Numbered from the stretch's first letter, positions 26,537-36,455 are shown. The stretch is 64,000 nucleotides of DNA from a bacterium (GCA_017744355.1 JAGIBK010000008.1:17461-81460); one strand, 5' to 3'. Program-made: numbers and translations. The notes: a model not told the origin generated them from the sequence alone.

Positions 26537-28084
26537 ATGGCGACCATCACCGACCAGCTGCCCCTGACCCTCGACGGTGAGAGCCTCTCCGTCGAGGACG
26601 TCGTCCGTGTTGCCCGTGAGCGGGCCACCGTCTCCTTGGACGAGGCCTCCATGGCCCGGGTCGAGGCGTCCCGTGCCTACGTGGACACCTTGATCGCCGA
26701 GGACCGCGTGGTCTACGGCATCACGACGGGCTTCGGCTACTTCAAGGAGCGCAAGATCAGCCCTGAGGCGGTCGAGCAGCTCCAGCACAACCTGATCGTG
26801 AGCCACTCGGCCGGCGTGGGCGAGCCCCTGAGCGTCGAGACCGTGCGCGCCATGCTCCTCTTGCGCGCGAACGCCCTCGCCAAGGGCTACTCGGGGATTC
26901 GCCCCGAGACCCTGCGGCTTCTTGTCGAGATGCTCAACCGCGGCGTCCACCCCCGGATCCCCTCGCAGGGTTCGGTGGGGGCGAGCGGCGACCTGTCGCC
27001 CCTGAGCCACCTCGCGCTCGTCATGATTGGCGAGGGCGAGGCCGAGGTCGGTGGTAAGGTGCTGCCCGGGGCCGAGGCGCTCGCCTCGGTGGGCCTCAGC
27101 CCCATCAAGCTCGGCGCCAAGGAGGGCCTCGCCCTCATCAACGGCACCCAGGCCATGACGGCCCTGGGGGCCTTGACCCTCTCGCGCGCCCAGCGGCTCG
27201 CCAAGCTCGCCGACGTGGCCTGCGGCATGACCCTCGAAGCGACCCTCGGTTCGCCTCGCGCCTATCTGCCCCACTTCCACGCCCTGCGGCCCCACCCGGG
27301 CCAGCAGGCGAGCGCTCGGAACATGACCCGCCTGACGGCTGATAGCGAGCTGGTCGCCTCTCATGAGGGCTGCGACCAGGTCCAGGATGCCTACTCACTG
27401 CGCTGCGCGCCCCAGGTCCACGGCGCGAGCCGCGACGCCATCGACTACGGCGCCAAGGTCGTCGGCATCGAGCTCAACTCGGCCACCGACAACCCGCTGA
27501 TCTTCGCCGACCGCGACGAAGTGCTGACGGGCGGTCACTTCCACGGTCAGCCGGTGGCGCTCGCCATGGACTTCCTGGCGATCGCCCTGTCCGAGCTCGC
27601 CAACATCTCGGAGCGCCGCGTCGAGCGCCTGGTCAACGCCACCTACTCGAACGGCCTGCCCATGTTCCTCTCGGAGGAAGGCGGCCTCAACTCGGGTTAC
27701 ATGGTTGCCCAGTACACCGCGGCGTCGCTGGTGAGCGAGAACAAGGTCCTCGCCCACCCCTCTTCGGTCGACTCCATCCCGACCTCGGCCGGTCAGGAGG
27801 ACCACGTCAGCATGGGCACCACCGCGGCGCGCAAGGCGGTCAACGTCTGCGACAACGTCGAGCGGGTGCTCGCGATCGAGTTCCTGTGCGCCGCTCAGGC
27901 CCACGACTTCCGCAAGATCCCGGCGGGCACCGGCAGCGCCGCCGCTTTCGCTGCGATCCGCAAGGTGGTCCCCTACCTCGCCGCCGATCGGGTCGTCGCC
28001 AAGGACATCGAGGCGATGGTGTCGATCATGCGGGACGGCTCGCTGCTCGCGGCGGTCGAGGCCGCCTGCGGGGAGCTGGAGTAG
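26537..28084 (+). CDS. hutH: histidine ammonia-lyase
   Basis: GSVGASGDLSPLSHLAL (the Ala-Ser-Gly MIO precursor), YGITTGFG, QEDHVSMG. Confidence 0.95.
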   Translation: MATITDQLPLTLDGESLSVEDVVRVARERATVSLDEASMARVEASRAYVDTLIAEDRVVYGITTGFGYFKERKISPEAVEQLQHNLIVSHSAGVGEPLSVETVRAMLLLRANALAKGYSGIRPETLRLLVEMLNRGVHPRIPSQGSVGASGDLSPLSHLALVMIGEGEAEVGGKVLPGAEALASVGLSPIKLGAKEGLALINGTQAMTALGALTLSRAQRLAKLADVACGMTLEATLGSPRAYLPHFHALRPHPGQQASARNMTRLTADSELVASHEGCDQVQDAYSLRCAPQVHGASRDAIDYGAKVVGIELNSATDNPLIFADRDEVLTGGHFHGQPVALAMDFLAIALSELANISERRVERLVNATYSNGLPMFLSEEGGLNSGYMVAQYTAASLVSENKVLAHPSSVDSIPTSAGQEDHVSMGTTAARKAVNVCDNVERVLAIEFLCAAQAHDFRKIPAGTGSAAAFAAIRKVVPYLAADRVVAKDIEAMVSIMRDGSLLAAVEAACGELE

Positions 28085-28087
28085 GCG

Positions 28088-28783
28088 GTGGAGCTGCGCG
28101 ATCGCCTCAAGGGAGGCCTGATCGTCTCGTGCCAGGCCGGTCATGACGAGCCGCTACACGGCTCGGCCATCATGGCCGCCATGGCGCGGGCCGCTGCTCA
28201 GAGCGGGGCCGTGGCCATCCGGGCTGAGGGCCCCTCGGACATCCGCGCCATCCGCGCGGCGGTGGATCTTCCCATCGTGGGCCTCTACAAGATCCGCAAG
28301 CCCGAGTGGGAGATCTACATCACCCCGACCCTCGAGTCGGCCCGCGAGGTCGCCGAGGCGGGCGCCGATTTCATCGCGATCGACGCCACCACCGAGCGGC
28401 GTCCCGACGGCCTCACCCTCGAAGAGACCATCCGGCGCATCAAGGAAGAGCTGGGGCGTCCCGTCTTCGCCGACGTCTCGACCCTCGAAGAGGGCCTGCG
28501 CGCCGAAGCCCTGGGGGCATCGCTCGTAGGCACCACCCTTTCCGGGTACACTCCCCAGAGCCCCAAGCAGGAAGGGCCTGATTGGCGCCTTCTTGAGGAC
28601 CTCACGCGTCGTCTTACGATCCCCGTGATCATGGAAGGCCGCATCTGGGAGCCCGCCGAGGCCCGCCAGGCCCTCGAACGGGGTGCCTGGGCCGTGGTGG
28701 TGGGATCCGCCATCACCCGCCCGCAACTGATCACCGAACGCTTCTTGAAGGAGATGCGCCGCCATGGCCACGAACCTCGCTGA
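28088..28783 (+). CDS. nanE: N-acetylmannosamine-6-phosphate 2-epimerase-like protein
   Basis: GTG 3 nt after the hutH stop. GGLIVSCQA...PLHG...AIRAEG...IVGLYK...FIAIDAT...TTLSGYT...IMEGRI...[10 protein letters not shown]. Confidence 0.8.
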   Translation: MELRDRLKGGLIVSCQAGHDEPLHGSAIMAAMARAAAQSGAVAIRAEGPSDIRAIRAAVDLPIVGLYKIRKPEWEIYITPTLESAREVAEAGADFIAIDATTERRPDGLTLEETIRRIKEELGRPVFADVSTLEEGLRAEALGASLVGTTLSGYTPQSPKQEGPDWRLLEDLTRRLTIPVIMEGRIWEPAEARQALERGAWAVVVGSAITRPQLITERFLKEMRRHGHEPR

Positions 28784-29732
28784 CGCCTACGCCCTCGGCC
28801 TCGACCTGGGGGGGACCAAGATCCTCGCCGGCCTGGTGGATGGTGAAGGCCGCGTGCACGCCGAGTGGCGCCTGCCGACTCCGACCGAGGGCGGCGGCCC
28901 TGCCATCCTGGCGGCCCTGGTCGAAGGGGTGGGCACCCTCAAGGCCGAGCTGAGCGCCGAGCAGCGCGCGCGGCTCGTCGGCGTGGGCGTGAGCAGCGCC
29001 GGTCACGTCAACCATGCGACCGGCGTGGTCGAGTACTGCACCCCCAACCTGCCCGGCTGGTCGGGCACCCACGTGACCGAGGCCTTGGAGCGGGCGCACG
29101 GCATTCCGGCGTGCGCGGACAACGACGCCAACTGTGCCGCCTTCGGCGAGTACTGGGTGGGTGCTGGCAAGGGGGTTCGGAACCTCGTGGCCCTCACCAT
29201 CGGCACGGGCCTGGGCGGCGGGATCATCGCCAACGGCGAGATGGTGCGCGGGGCGCGTGGCGGCGGGGCCGAGATCGGTCACTTCATCCTGGTCCCGGAC
29301 GGCCTGCCCTGCAATTGCGGCCAGAACGGCTGCATCGAGTCCTACGTCTCCGGCACGGCGCTCACCAAGGCCGCGGCGCGCGCGGGGCACTGGAGCCCCT
29401 CGCCTTCGAGCCACCAGGTCTTTGAGATGGCCCGCGCGGGCGACGAGAAGGCGCTCGGCCTGGTGCGCGACATGGTCCGAAACTTCGCCCTCGGGCTCGT
29501 GACCGTCATCGCCTTCCTCGACCCCGAGCGGATCGTGGTGGGCGGCGGCGTCAGCGAGCAGGCCGATCTCTTCCTGCCCCTGGTGCGCGAGCAGCTCCCC
29601 GCCCTGTACGGTGAGCGCGGCTGGGACGCATCGGCCCTGGTGCCGGCGACCCTCGGCGCGCGCGCGGGCATGATCGGGGCGGCTGGCCAAGCTTTCGCCC
29701 GCTTCGGCGCCCAAGCGACGGTGGTGCGCTAA
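28764..29732 (+). CDS. ROK-family sugar kinase
   Basis: Overlaps nanE by 20 nt. [54 protein letters not shown] zinc motif. Confidence 0.8.
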   Translation: MATNLADAYALGLDLGGTKILAGLVDGEGRVHAEWRLPTPTEGGGPAILAALVEGVGTLKAELSAEQRARLVGVGVSSAGHVNHATGVVEYCTPNLPGWSGTHVTEALERAHGIPACADNDANCAAFGEYWVGAGKGVRNLVALTIGTGLGGGIIANGEMVRGARGGGAEIGHFILVPDGLPCNCGQNGCIESYVSGTALTKAAARAGHWSPSPSSHQVFEMARAGDEKALGLVRDMVRNFALGLVTVIAFLDPERIVVGGGVSEQADLFLPLVREQLPALYGERGWDASALVPATLGARAGMIGAAGQAFARFGAQATVVR

Positions 29733-29733
29733 C

Positions 29734-31086
29734 TTGAAGCGCCTCCTGCTGGCGCTGGCGCTCGCCATCGCCACGCCCCTTCCCGTCTACGCCGCGGCCT
29801 CCTACGTGGGGGCCGTGCGCTACGACGATGCCAAGCGCACCTTCACCATCGAGACCACCGGCACGCCCCTGGTCCAGACCAAGCGCCTGATCAACCCCGA
29901 TCGGCTGGTCATCGACGTGCGCGACGCGGCCCTCGCCGTGAACGCCCAGCAGGGCCAGGCGGTTACCAGCCGCCGGATCCGGGGTTTCTCGGTCTCGCAG
30001 GTGGCGGGCAATCCCGAGATCGTGCGCGTAGTCGTCGAGTTGCAGCCCAAGGTGGAGCCCCTGATCGCGGTGCGGCAGTCGCCGGGCCGTATCACCATCA
30101 CCCTGGAGCAGCCGCCGGTCCCCAAGGGCGAGCGCGAGCTCGAAACCCTTCCCCCCATGGCGGACAACCTGCGCCTGCCGGAGCCCGAATCGATCGTGCT
30201 ACCGAGTGCGACGCCCGCTCCCGGTAAGCAAGCTGGGGGTGCCCAGGCGAGCGATCTTCCGGCCCCTTCGGCGCCGACGGGCGAGGTCATCAAGGTGGCG
30301 GCCCCGCCCCCTGTGGAGCGGCCGATCGTTCCTGTCGTCCGGACCGAAAAGCCCGCCCCGTCGCCATCTCCGAGCTGGCAGCGCCCCACCCTGGAGCCCA
30401 TCACGGTGGAGCCGCCCGAGGAGGAAGAGGCGCCGGCCGAAAAGGTGGAGTGGGGTTTCGGTTCGACCGTCATGCTGCGCTGGCAGCAGCTCGAAGCCCT
30501 GGACGACTACGGCGCTTCGACGGGGCCCGTCTTCGCCTACCCTGCGGGGATCAACGGCGTCGAGCTGCGCCACTGGGTCACGCCCTGGGTCGGCTTCGGC
30601 CTCGACTCGCGCCTCTTGACCTACGACATGGCCGCCGAGGGCGTGAGCCTCAACCGCACCGACCTGATGCTCCTGCCGGCTCTGGTCGCGCGCTATCCAC
30701 TGCTCGACGGCCGCATCGAGCCCACCCTGCACCTGGGCTACATGGCGCGTCAGATCACCGCCTACTCCCACACGCTGGGCGCGACCCTGCCCTTTTCACC
30801 CACCCAGTTCCACCACGGCTACGCCTTGGGCCTGGGGGGGCGTTTCCGCCTGCTCCCCGCCCTCTCCCTGCAACTGGACTACCTGCTTCTGCCCAGCGTC
30901 AACGGGAACCTCTTCCAGGGCTTCGGGAACGTCTTCCCGCTCTCTCAGAGCCGCTACACCGCCGAGCTCATGCTCGACGTGGGGCCCGGCTACCTCTCGA
31001 TGGGCTACACGGGAGACGCCGCCAGGGGGAGCGCCTATTCCCAGTTCCTCAACGGGATTCTCATCGGAGCGGGTTGGAATTACTGA
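29734..31086 (+). CDS. AMIN-domain protein with Pro-rich linker and beta-barrel-like C-terminus
   Basis: TTG 29734, 1 nt after the ROK gene stop. Signal peptide ...VYAAAS. FTIETTGTP...NPDRLVIDVRDA...VRVVVEL is AMIN-like. C-terminal aromatic end ...GAGWNY. Confidence 0.65.
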   Translation: MKRLLLALALAIATPLPVYAAASYVGAVRYDDAKRTFTIETTGTPLVQTKRLINPDRLVIDVRDAALAVNAQQGQAVTSRRIRGFSVSQVAGNPEIVRVVVELQPKVEPLIAVRQSPGRITITLEQPPVPKGERELETLPPMADNLRLPEPESIVLPSATPAPGKQAGGAQASDLPAPSAPTGEVIKVAAPPPVERPIVPVVRTEKPAPSPSPSWQRPTLEPITVEPPEEEEAPAEKVEWGFGSTVMLRWQQLEALDDYGASTGPVFAYPAGINGVELRHWVTPWVGFGLDSRLLTYDMAAEGVSLNRTDLMLLPALVARYPLLDGRIEPTLHLGYMARQITAYSHTLGATLPFSPTQFHHGYALGLGGRFRLLPALSLQLDYLLLPSVNGNLFQGFGNVFPLSQSRYTAELMLDVGPGYLSMGYTGDAARGSAYSQFLNGILIGAGWNY

Positions 31087-31114
31087 CCCGACGCGTGCCC
31101 CTACTTCTATTTAC

Positions 31115-31151
31115 GCGATGCGGGCCGCCCTACACGGGCGGCCCGCATCGC
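31115..31151. terminator. bidirectional terminator hairpin
   Basis: 16-bp perfect stem GCGATGCGGGCCGCCC / GGGCGGCCCGCATCGC, followed by TTTGAGG. It sits between convergent genes. Confidence 0.75.
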
Positions 31152-31162
31152 TTTGAGGCTGC

Positions 31163-31663
31163 TCAAGAAGATTTGCTGCGGGCCTCGACCGGGGCTTCGG
31201 GGGCCATGGTGACGCGGAGCTGCTGGACCTTCTCCTGGGCGCCCGCCTTGGCCTTGTCGAGCTGCTCGCCGAGCCGGTTGAGCTCGCCTGCCGCCAGGTG
31301 CTCGCGCGCCTCGGGGAACATCTCGCCCTCCTCCTCGCGCACGTGGTGCTGCACCAGCTCCTTGAGCTTGGTCACCCTGTTGGCGAGACCCTGATCGCTC
31401 GCCTGCATCTGGATCAGGTCGCTCAGGAGCTGCTTCACCTGGCGGTGCTCCTCGAGGGCCTCGTCGACCTTCTCTTGGTCCTTGGTCGCTTTGCCGAAGG
31501 CCGGGTAGAAGATCGTCTCCTCGATCTGCGCGTGGACGTTGAGCTCGTCGTACAGCTGCTGCACGATCGCTTTCTTGGCGATCTGCTCCTTGAGGGTTTC
31601 GAACTTCTCGAACAGCGCGTCGACGCGTCGGTGATCGTCGGTCAGCAGACGGATGGCATCCAT
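31163..31663 (-). CDS. hemerythrin-domain protein
   Basis: MDAIRLLTDDHRRVDALFEKFE...HAQIEETIFYP...EHRQVKQLL...HHVREEEGEMFP; His/Glu ligand spacing is typical of the hemerythrin HHE domain. Confidence 0.75.
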   Translation of the reverse strand: MDAIRLLTDDHRRVDALFEKFETLKEQIAKKAIVQQLYDELNVHAQIEETIFYPAFGKATKDQEKVDEALEEHRQVKQLLSDLIQMQASDQGLANRVTKLKELVQHHVREEEGEMFPEAREHLAAGELNRLGEQLDKAKAGAQEKVQQLRVTMAPEAPVEARSKSS

Positions 31664-31778
31664 GGCTTCCCCCTCGTCATGTCGGCGGCGCAAGCGCTCG
31701 CCGGGATGGGCTCCGATGGCCGCAACCCTATCATGGGGGCCGTCGGAGCGCGTACAGGAGAGCGAACCGTTTGGGGGG

Positions 31779-33962
31779 TTAGACCGCAGGCAGGTAGTGG
31801 CGCTGCTTGACCAGCTCCTGCAGGGCCGAGAGGACCTGCGGATGCTTGCTGCCGATGCTGCGGATGTCCTGGGGCGAGAGCTTGAGCAGGGTGCAGGGCT
31901 CGAGGGTGCGCACCGTGGCCGAGCGCTTGGGGGTGAAGCCGCCCGCGACCCCTTCGCCGAAGAGGTCGTTCTCGCGCAGCACCGGCGCCTCGGCCAGATC
32001 CGGGGCCTCGACCCGCAGGCTTCCGCTCACGACCAGGTAGCACGCGTCGTCGGCGGCCCCTTCGGTGATGACCACCTGCTCGGGCCCCATCTGCACCTGC
32101 TGGAGGCGCAGGGAGAAGGCGTTGAGGGTGTAGGCGTCCAGCCCGGAGAAGACCGTGCTACGCGCCATGGCCGCGCGGTTCTCCCACAGGCGGCGCAGGC
32201 GATCGCTCAAGAGCTCGCGGCCCTCGCGAAGGGCGATGGCGTCCTCGCTGGCGAGCATGGCCTTGAAGGAGGTCCCCGGGATCGCGAGCAACCGTCCCGG
32301 CGTGGTGGCGAGCACCGTGGCGGCACGCTTGCCGGCCGCATCGAGCAGGGCCTGCTCGCCGAAGAAGTCACCGGCGCGCAGCTGCGCGACGATCGAACCG
32401 TTCATGTGGACGTCGAAGAAGCCGTGGGTGACCAGGTAGAAGCAGCCGTCCTCGGCTACGCTCCCCTGCTGGATGACCACCTCGCCGGCGGCGGGCTCGC
32501 GCACGAGGGCCTCGCGGGCGAAGCGCTCTGCCCACTCACCGGGGGCGCTCAGGTGCCAGGCTTCGAGGGTGCGACCGATCTTTCCGGCGTTACGAGCGGC
32601 CGCGCCGAGGTTTCCCAGTTCGAACAGCTGTAGCGGCTGCGCCAGGGCGAAGCGCTCTTCGTACTGCGGCGGCAGGGTGTGGCGGTGCGCCAGCACCAGG
32701 TTGTCGTGGTCTTCCAGGTGCAGGAAGTCCTCGATGTAGCCGTGGATGGTGGCCTCGCCCGCGTCCACGATGACCTTTTGGCCCTTGAGGAGGGCTTCGA
32801 GGGAATCGAAGCGCGCCTGGTCGATGATCCCCTTGTCGCGCATGTCGATGAGCTGGCGGTGACCGGCGGTGTCGCTCGTGATCACGAGCTCCTCGTCGCC
32901 GACCGTGATGGTGACCCCGACGCAGGGCACCGAGTGGCAGGCGTCATGGAAGTCGAGGCGGGCGCCGTCGAGCAAAAGCGGGGTGCCGGGGACGATCTCG
33001 CGGAAGCGGAAGTAGCCCTCGACCGCCTTCTCGTCGATGTTCAGGATGGCCGCGAGCTTGATCGAGAGACAGGCCCAGACCTCGCGGGTGGTGTAGAGGT
33101 CGATGGGCTCGCCCTCCCGGGCGAAGGTCATCAGGTCGCCGGTGTGGTCGTCGTGGATGTGGGAGATGAAGAGGGCTCGGATCTGGTCGACTCCCACCCC
33201 GAAGTGCGCGAGGGTGCGGTGGACGTAAGGCGAGCAGTCGATCAGGTAGTGGGCGCCGTCGAGGGTCATCAGGTAGCTGGTGCTGGGGGCCACGTGCTGA
33301 AAAGCACCCGCCGCTCCCAGGATCCGCACCGAGAAGGGCTCGGACGAAGCGAGCTCCGAAACCTCGGGGATGCTCCAGGCCGGTCCTTGCAGGCCGGTGT
33401 CGGCCGACAGGTCGAGGATGACTTCCTCGCCGCCCTCGCGGACCACGTAGCGCAGGCCGTCCAGGCGCTCGATCTCCGTCTCGCCGAACGTTACCTTGCC
33501 CGCAGCATCCCAGGTGCGCTGGTCGAGGAAGCGGTCGGTCGGGATGATCTCGCCTTGCTTGTCCCGCAGGGCGAAGTAGTCGCATTCGCGCTTGAGCATG
33601 GCCGCGCGCGCCGGGTCCAGGTCGCGTGCGAGGACCTCGGGGGTCATGCCCAAGAGGGAGATGTCCATCAGGCGCGAAGCGCGCGAGACTTGGCTCTCGG
33701 TGCCCACGAAGGCCAGGGGCTCCTTGACCGAGAGGGTGGCGAAGTCGAAGTTACGGTTGAAGAAGACATGCCCGAAGAACAGGAACTCGGGCACCATCTG
33801 GGGGAGGCGATCGCGCAGCACCGCGTCGGTGAAGATCACGACGTTCGGCCATGCGAGCCCGCGCTGCATGAGGTGCTGGTGGATCTCGGGAAACGTGCCC
33901 AGGAGAATCCGATGCGTTTGGGTCGCGACGTAGGCGGCGCCAGGGAATCGAACGACATGCAT
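31779..33962 (-). CDS. multidomain protein: unknown N-terminal region, metallo-beta-lactamase fold, two cyclic-nucleotide-binding domains
   Basis: HxHxDH motif SHIHDDHTGD (nt 33144-33161). Two CAP_ED-like segments: FFGEQALLD..KRAATVLA and LFGEGVAGGFTPKRSATVRT. RBS AAAGGAG. Confidence 0.8.
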   Translation of the reverse strand: MHVVRFPGAAYVATQTHRILLGTFPEIHQHLMQRGLAWPNVVIFTDAVLRDRLPQMVPEFLFFGHVFFNRNFDFATLSVKEPLAFVGTESQVSRASRLMDISLLGMTPEVLARDLDPARAAMLKRECDYFALRDKQGEIIPTDRFLDQRTWDAAGKVTFGETEIERLDGLRYVVREGGEEVILDLSADTGLQGPAWSIPEVSELASSEPFSVRILGAAGAFQHVAPSTSYLMTLDGAHYLIDCSPYVHRTLAHFGVGVDQIRALFISHIHDDHTGDLMTFAREGEPIDLYTTREVWACLSIKLAAILNIDEKAVEGYFRFREIVPGTPLLLDGARLDFHDACHSVPCVGVTITVGDEELVITSDTAGHRQLIDMRDKGIIDQARFDSLEALLKGQKVIVDAGEATIHGYIEDFLHLEDHDNLVLAHRHTLPPQYEERFALAQPLQLFELGNLGAAARNAGKIGRTLEAWHLSAPGEWAERFAREALVREPAAGEVVIQQGSVAEDGCFYLVTHGFFDVHMNGSIVAQLRAGDFFGEQALLDAAGKRAATVLATTPGRLLAIPGTSFKAMLASEDAIALREGRELLSDRLRRLWENRAAMARSTVFSGLDAYTLNAFSLRLQQVQMGPEQVVITEGAADDACYLVVSGSLRVEAPDLAEAPVLRENDLFGEGVAGGFTPKRSATVRTLEPCTLLKLSPQDIRSIGSKHPQVLSALQELVKQRHYLPAV

Positions 33963-34050
33963 GGGGCGCGGGCTCCTTTCCCGAGACTATTCTACCCAGC
34001 TTGGTTGAAAGAATGCTGAGAGTCGTTCACATGTCGATGAACGCCGCGCA

Positions 34051-36345
34051 TCAAGCATCCGCCAGGTGCAGGCAGAGCACGTCGCCGCCCTTCATGTGCC
34101 CCGAGAGGTGCCCGTCCCAGGTCGCCTTCGAGCCCAGGTACGAGAACTGCTGGGTGATGCGGTCCGCTTGCCAGCCCTCGGGCAGGCTCATGGTGAAGTC
34201 CCGGCTCTCGCCGCGGTTGATGAGTGCCAGGAGGGTGCCCCCGGGCGTCTTGCGGATGACGGGCTCCAGGCCGAGCAAGGGCCGGGTCAGGGGCTTCACG
34301 CCGAGCTGCACCAAGAGGCTCGAGACGAAGCTCACCACCGACTGCTTGCGCGCCGGGTCGTCCAGGTAGTAGCCGGGGCTGTCCATGATGGGGCCGAGCA
34401 GGGTCCCGATGAAGGACGAGGTGCCGGCGCCCACCGGGGCCATGTAGCCGATGGGGGCCTTCATGTAGTTGAGGAGCTCGGTACCGCCGGGCGGCACCGT
34501 CACGTAGCTCACCATGCGGGTGCACCAGACCTTGCCGCCGTAGAGGCTGTCGGTGAGCCACACCCCCGCGCGGGTCGCGTGCTTGATCATGCCCATGACC
34601 GGCTGCAGCTTCTCGAGGGTGAAGCGCACGATCGGGTGCGCGATCTTGTGGCGCTCGCGCAGGTGGAACCAGGTCAAGTCGGTCACGGTGCCGGTGACGA
34701 CCGCGAGCGCCCGGGGCCGCCAGGTGCGCTTGAGGCGGCCGGGGAAGAGCCGGTGGTCGCCCTCCACGAAGGGGGTGCCCATGGTCACGAGCGAGCCGCC
34801 CGCTTCCACGTAGGCTTCGAGCTTCTCGACCAGCTCGGGGGAAAGGTGGCCCGTGCAGTTGAAGAAGAGCACCTTGCAGGCCGAGAGCTCCTCGAGGCTC
34901 GCCGTGGAGAGCTCAAGCACCTGGGGCTGGTAGCCGCCCTCGACCAGGGCCCCGTACAGCCCGGCGTTCGCGGGGAAGTGGGTGACCCCCCGGTCGATGG
35001 CGTCGTCCAGGTTCTCCTTGGCGATCTTGGCCGGGTCGCAGGTGAAGGCGAGGATGTCGTGGGTGGCGTCCTGGTAGTAGAGGATCCCCACCGGCGAGGA
35101 GACCTCCTCGCTGTCGGCGAGCAGGCGGCCCCAGTCCTTACGGAACTGGCCCAGGGCCTCGACCACCGCCATGCGCTCCGAGCGTTCGCCCTTGTGGTTG
35201 AAGGGCGAGCGGTAGAGGTACTTGGAGCCGTCGGGGTCCTGGCCTTCGTGCAGGGGGTAGAGGATGTTGCCCTGGCTGCCGCGCAGGTACGAGGCCATCA
35301 TCTTCTGGAGGGTGGCGATGACGGGCACCTTGACGCCCACATCCATCCAGCCGGCGCCGATCTCGGGGGCCATCAGGGGGCCGCCCTGCAGCATGGAGCG
35401 GTACATCTTCGGCACGAAGCTGATGGCGTACGGCTGGTCCAGCGGGGTCGAGACCCGGATGAACTTGGGGTAGAGGTCGTAGCCCACCGGGGCGACCCGG
35501 TTCTTCTTGGCGAAGTGGTTGGGCCAGCTCGGGAACCACACGTCGTTGAGGTAGAAGTGGGTGTCGATCCCGAGGTCCTTCCAGTAGCCCTTGAGGGTAT
35601 CCAGGTAAGAAACCACCGTGTCCTCGACGTAGTTCGCGAGGTCCACGAGCTGGGTGCGGGTCGAGGGGGCCTCGGTGGGGGGGGCGACGGCCTCGAAGTC
35701 GACGTAGCGCGTGCCCCAGGCGTCGTTGAGGGCCTGGACGTCGTCGTAGCGCGTGCGCAGGTACTGCCGCAGCTGGCGCTGGGACTCGGGGTTGAGATCC
35801 GTCAGGTAGGGGCCCGAGCCGTACTGGGGCATGCCCGTCTCGTTGTCGAGCTGGAGGGCCACGATCTCGCCGGCGGCGATCATGGGCGAGAGGAGGGGAG
35901 CCAGGGCCTCGAACCAGCGCCTGGTCAGATTCAGGAACTGGGGATGGTTGAGGAAGATCTCCTGGTAATCGGGAGCGGCGGGCGGCCGCATGCGGGTCTC
36001 GGGGTAGCGATCGCGCAGCCAGAAGGGGATGCCGAAGCCCTGGTACTCGGCGTAGATGTAAGGGCCGGGCTTGATGATGACCGGCAGCTCCAGCCGGCGG
36101 CACAGGTACAAGAAGCCGCGCAGGTCGCGCTCGGGGGCGGTGCGGCCGTCGAAGTCGAACTCTCCCTCGCTCACCTCGTGCCAGATCCAGGGCACGTAGG
36201 CGGAGATCAGGTTGACGCCCGCTTCCTTGAAGGAGGTGAGCACGCCTTCCCACTGATCCCGCTGGATGCGAAAATACTGGAACTCGCCGCCGAACACGAG
36301 ATCGGGCCGGTCGTCGATGAGGATCCGGCGGGAGCTGATGCGCAT
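34051..36345 (-). CDS. GH35-like beta-galactosidase
   Basis: FGGEFQYFRI...AGVNLISAYVPWIWHE...GEFDFDG..DLRGFL...VIIKPGPYIYAEYQGFGIPFWL matches the GH35 N-terminal catalytic pattern. Start at ATG 36345 is uncertain; the ORF extends to 36462. Confidence 0.75.
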   Translation of the reverse strand: MRISSRRILIDDRPDLVFGGEFQYFRIQRDQWEGVLTSFKEAGVNLISAYVPWIWHEVSEGEFDFDGRTAPERDLRGFLYLCRRLELPVIIKPGPYIYAEYQGFGIPFWLRDRYPETRMRPPAAPDYQEIFLNHPQFLNLTRRWFEALAPLLSPMIAAGEIVALQLDNETGMPQYGSGPYLTDLNPESQRQLRQYLRTRYDDVQALNDAWGTRYVDFEAVAPPTEAPSTRTQLVDLANYVEDTVVSYLDTLKGYWKDLGIDTHFYLNDVWFPSWPNHFAKKNRVAPVGYDLYPKFIRVSTPLDQPYAISFVPKMYRSMLQGGPLMAPEIGAGWMDVGVKVPVIATLQKMMASYLRGSQGNILYPLHEGQDPDGSKYLYRSPFNHKGERSERMAVVEALGQFRKDWGRLLADSEEVSSPVGILYYQDATHDILAFTCDPAKIAKENLDDAIDRGVTHFPANAGLYGALVEGGYQPQVLELSTASLEELSACKVLFFNCTGHLSPELVEKLEAYVEAGGSLVTMGTPFVEGDHRLFPGRLKRTWRPRALAVVTGTVTDLTWFHLRERHKIAHPIVRFTLEKLQPVMGMIKHATRAGVWLTDSLYGGKVWCTRMVSYVTVPPGGTELLNYMKAPIGYMAPVGAGTSSFIGTLLGPIMDSPGYYLDDPARKQSVVSFVSSLLVQLGVKPLTRPLLGLEPVIRKTPGGTLLALINRGESRDFTMSLPEGWQADRITQQFSYLGSKATWDGHLSGHMKGGDVLCLHLADA

Positions 36346-36455
36346 GGTCAAAGGGAAAACCTCCTCGTAATCGCTCGCCTTATTATAGTTGGCGCGCGGG
36401 AACCCCGCCATGATGCCCCAGGCGCGAGCCCCTGGCGGTGATCCGGATCCGCTTT

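Noticed and set aside
34066-36441. 791-aa + strand ORF
   Set aside because: It lies exactly antisense to the GH35-like gene. Its product is Ala/Gly/Arg/Val/His-rich low complexity with no motifs. It is a typical shadow ORF of a high-GC gene.
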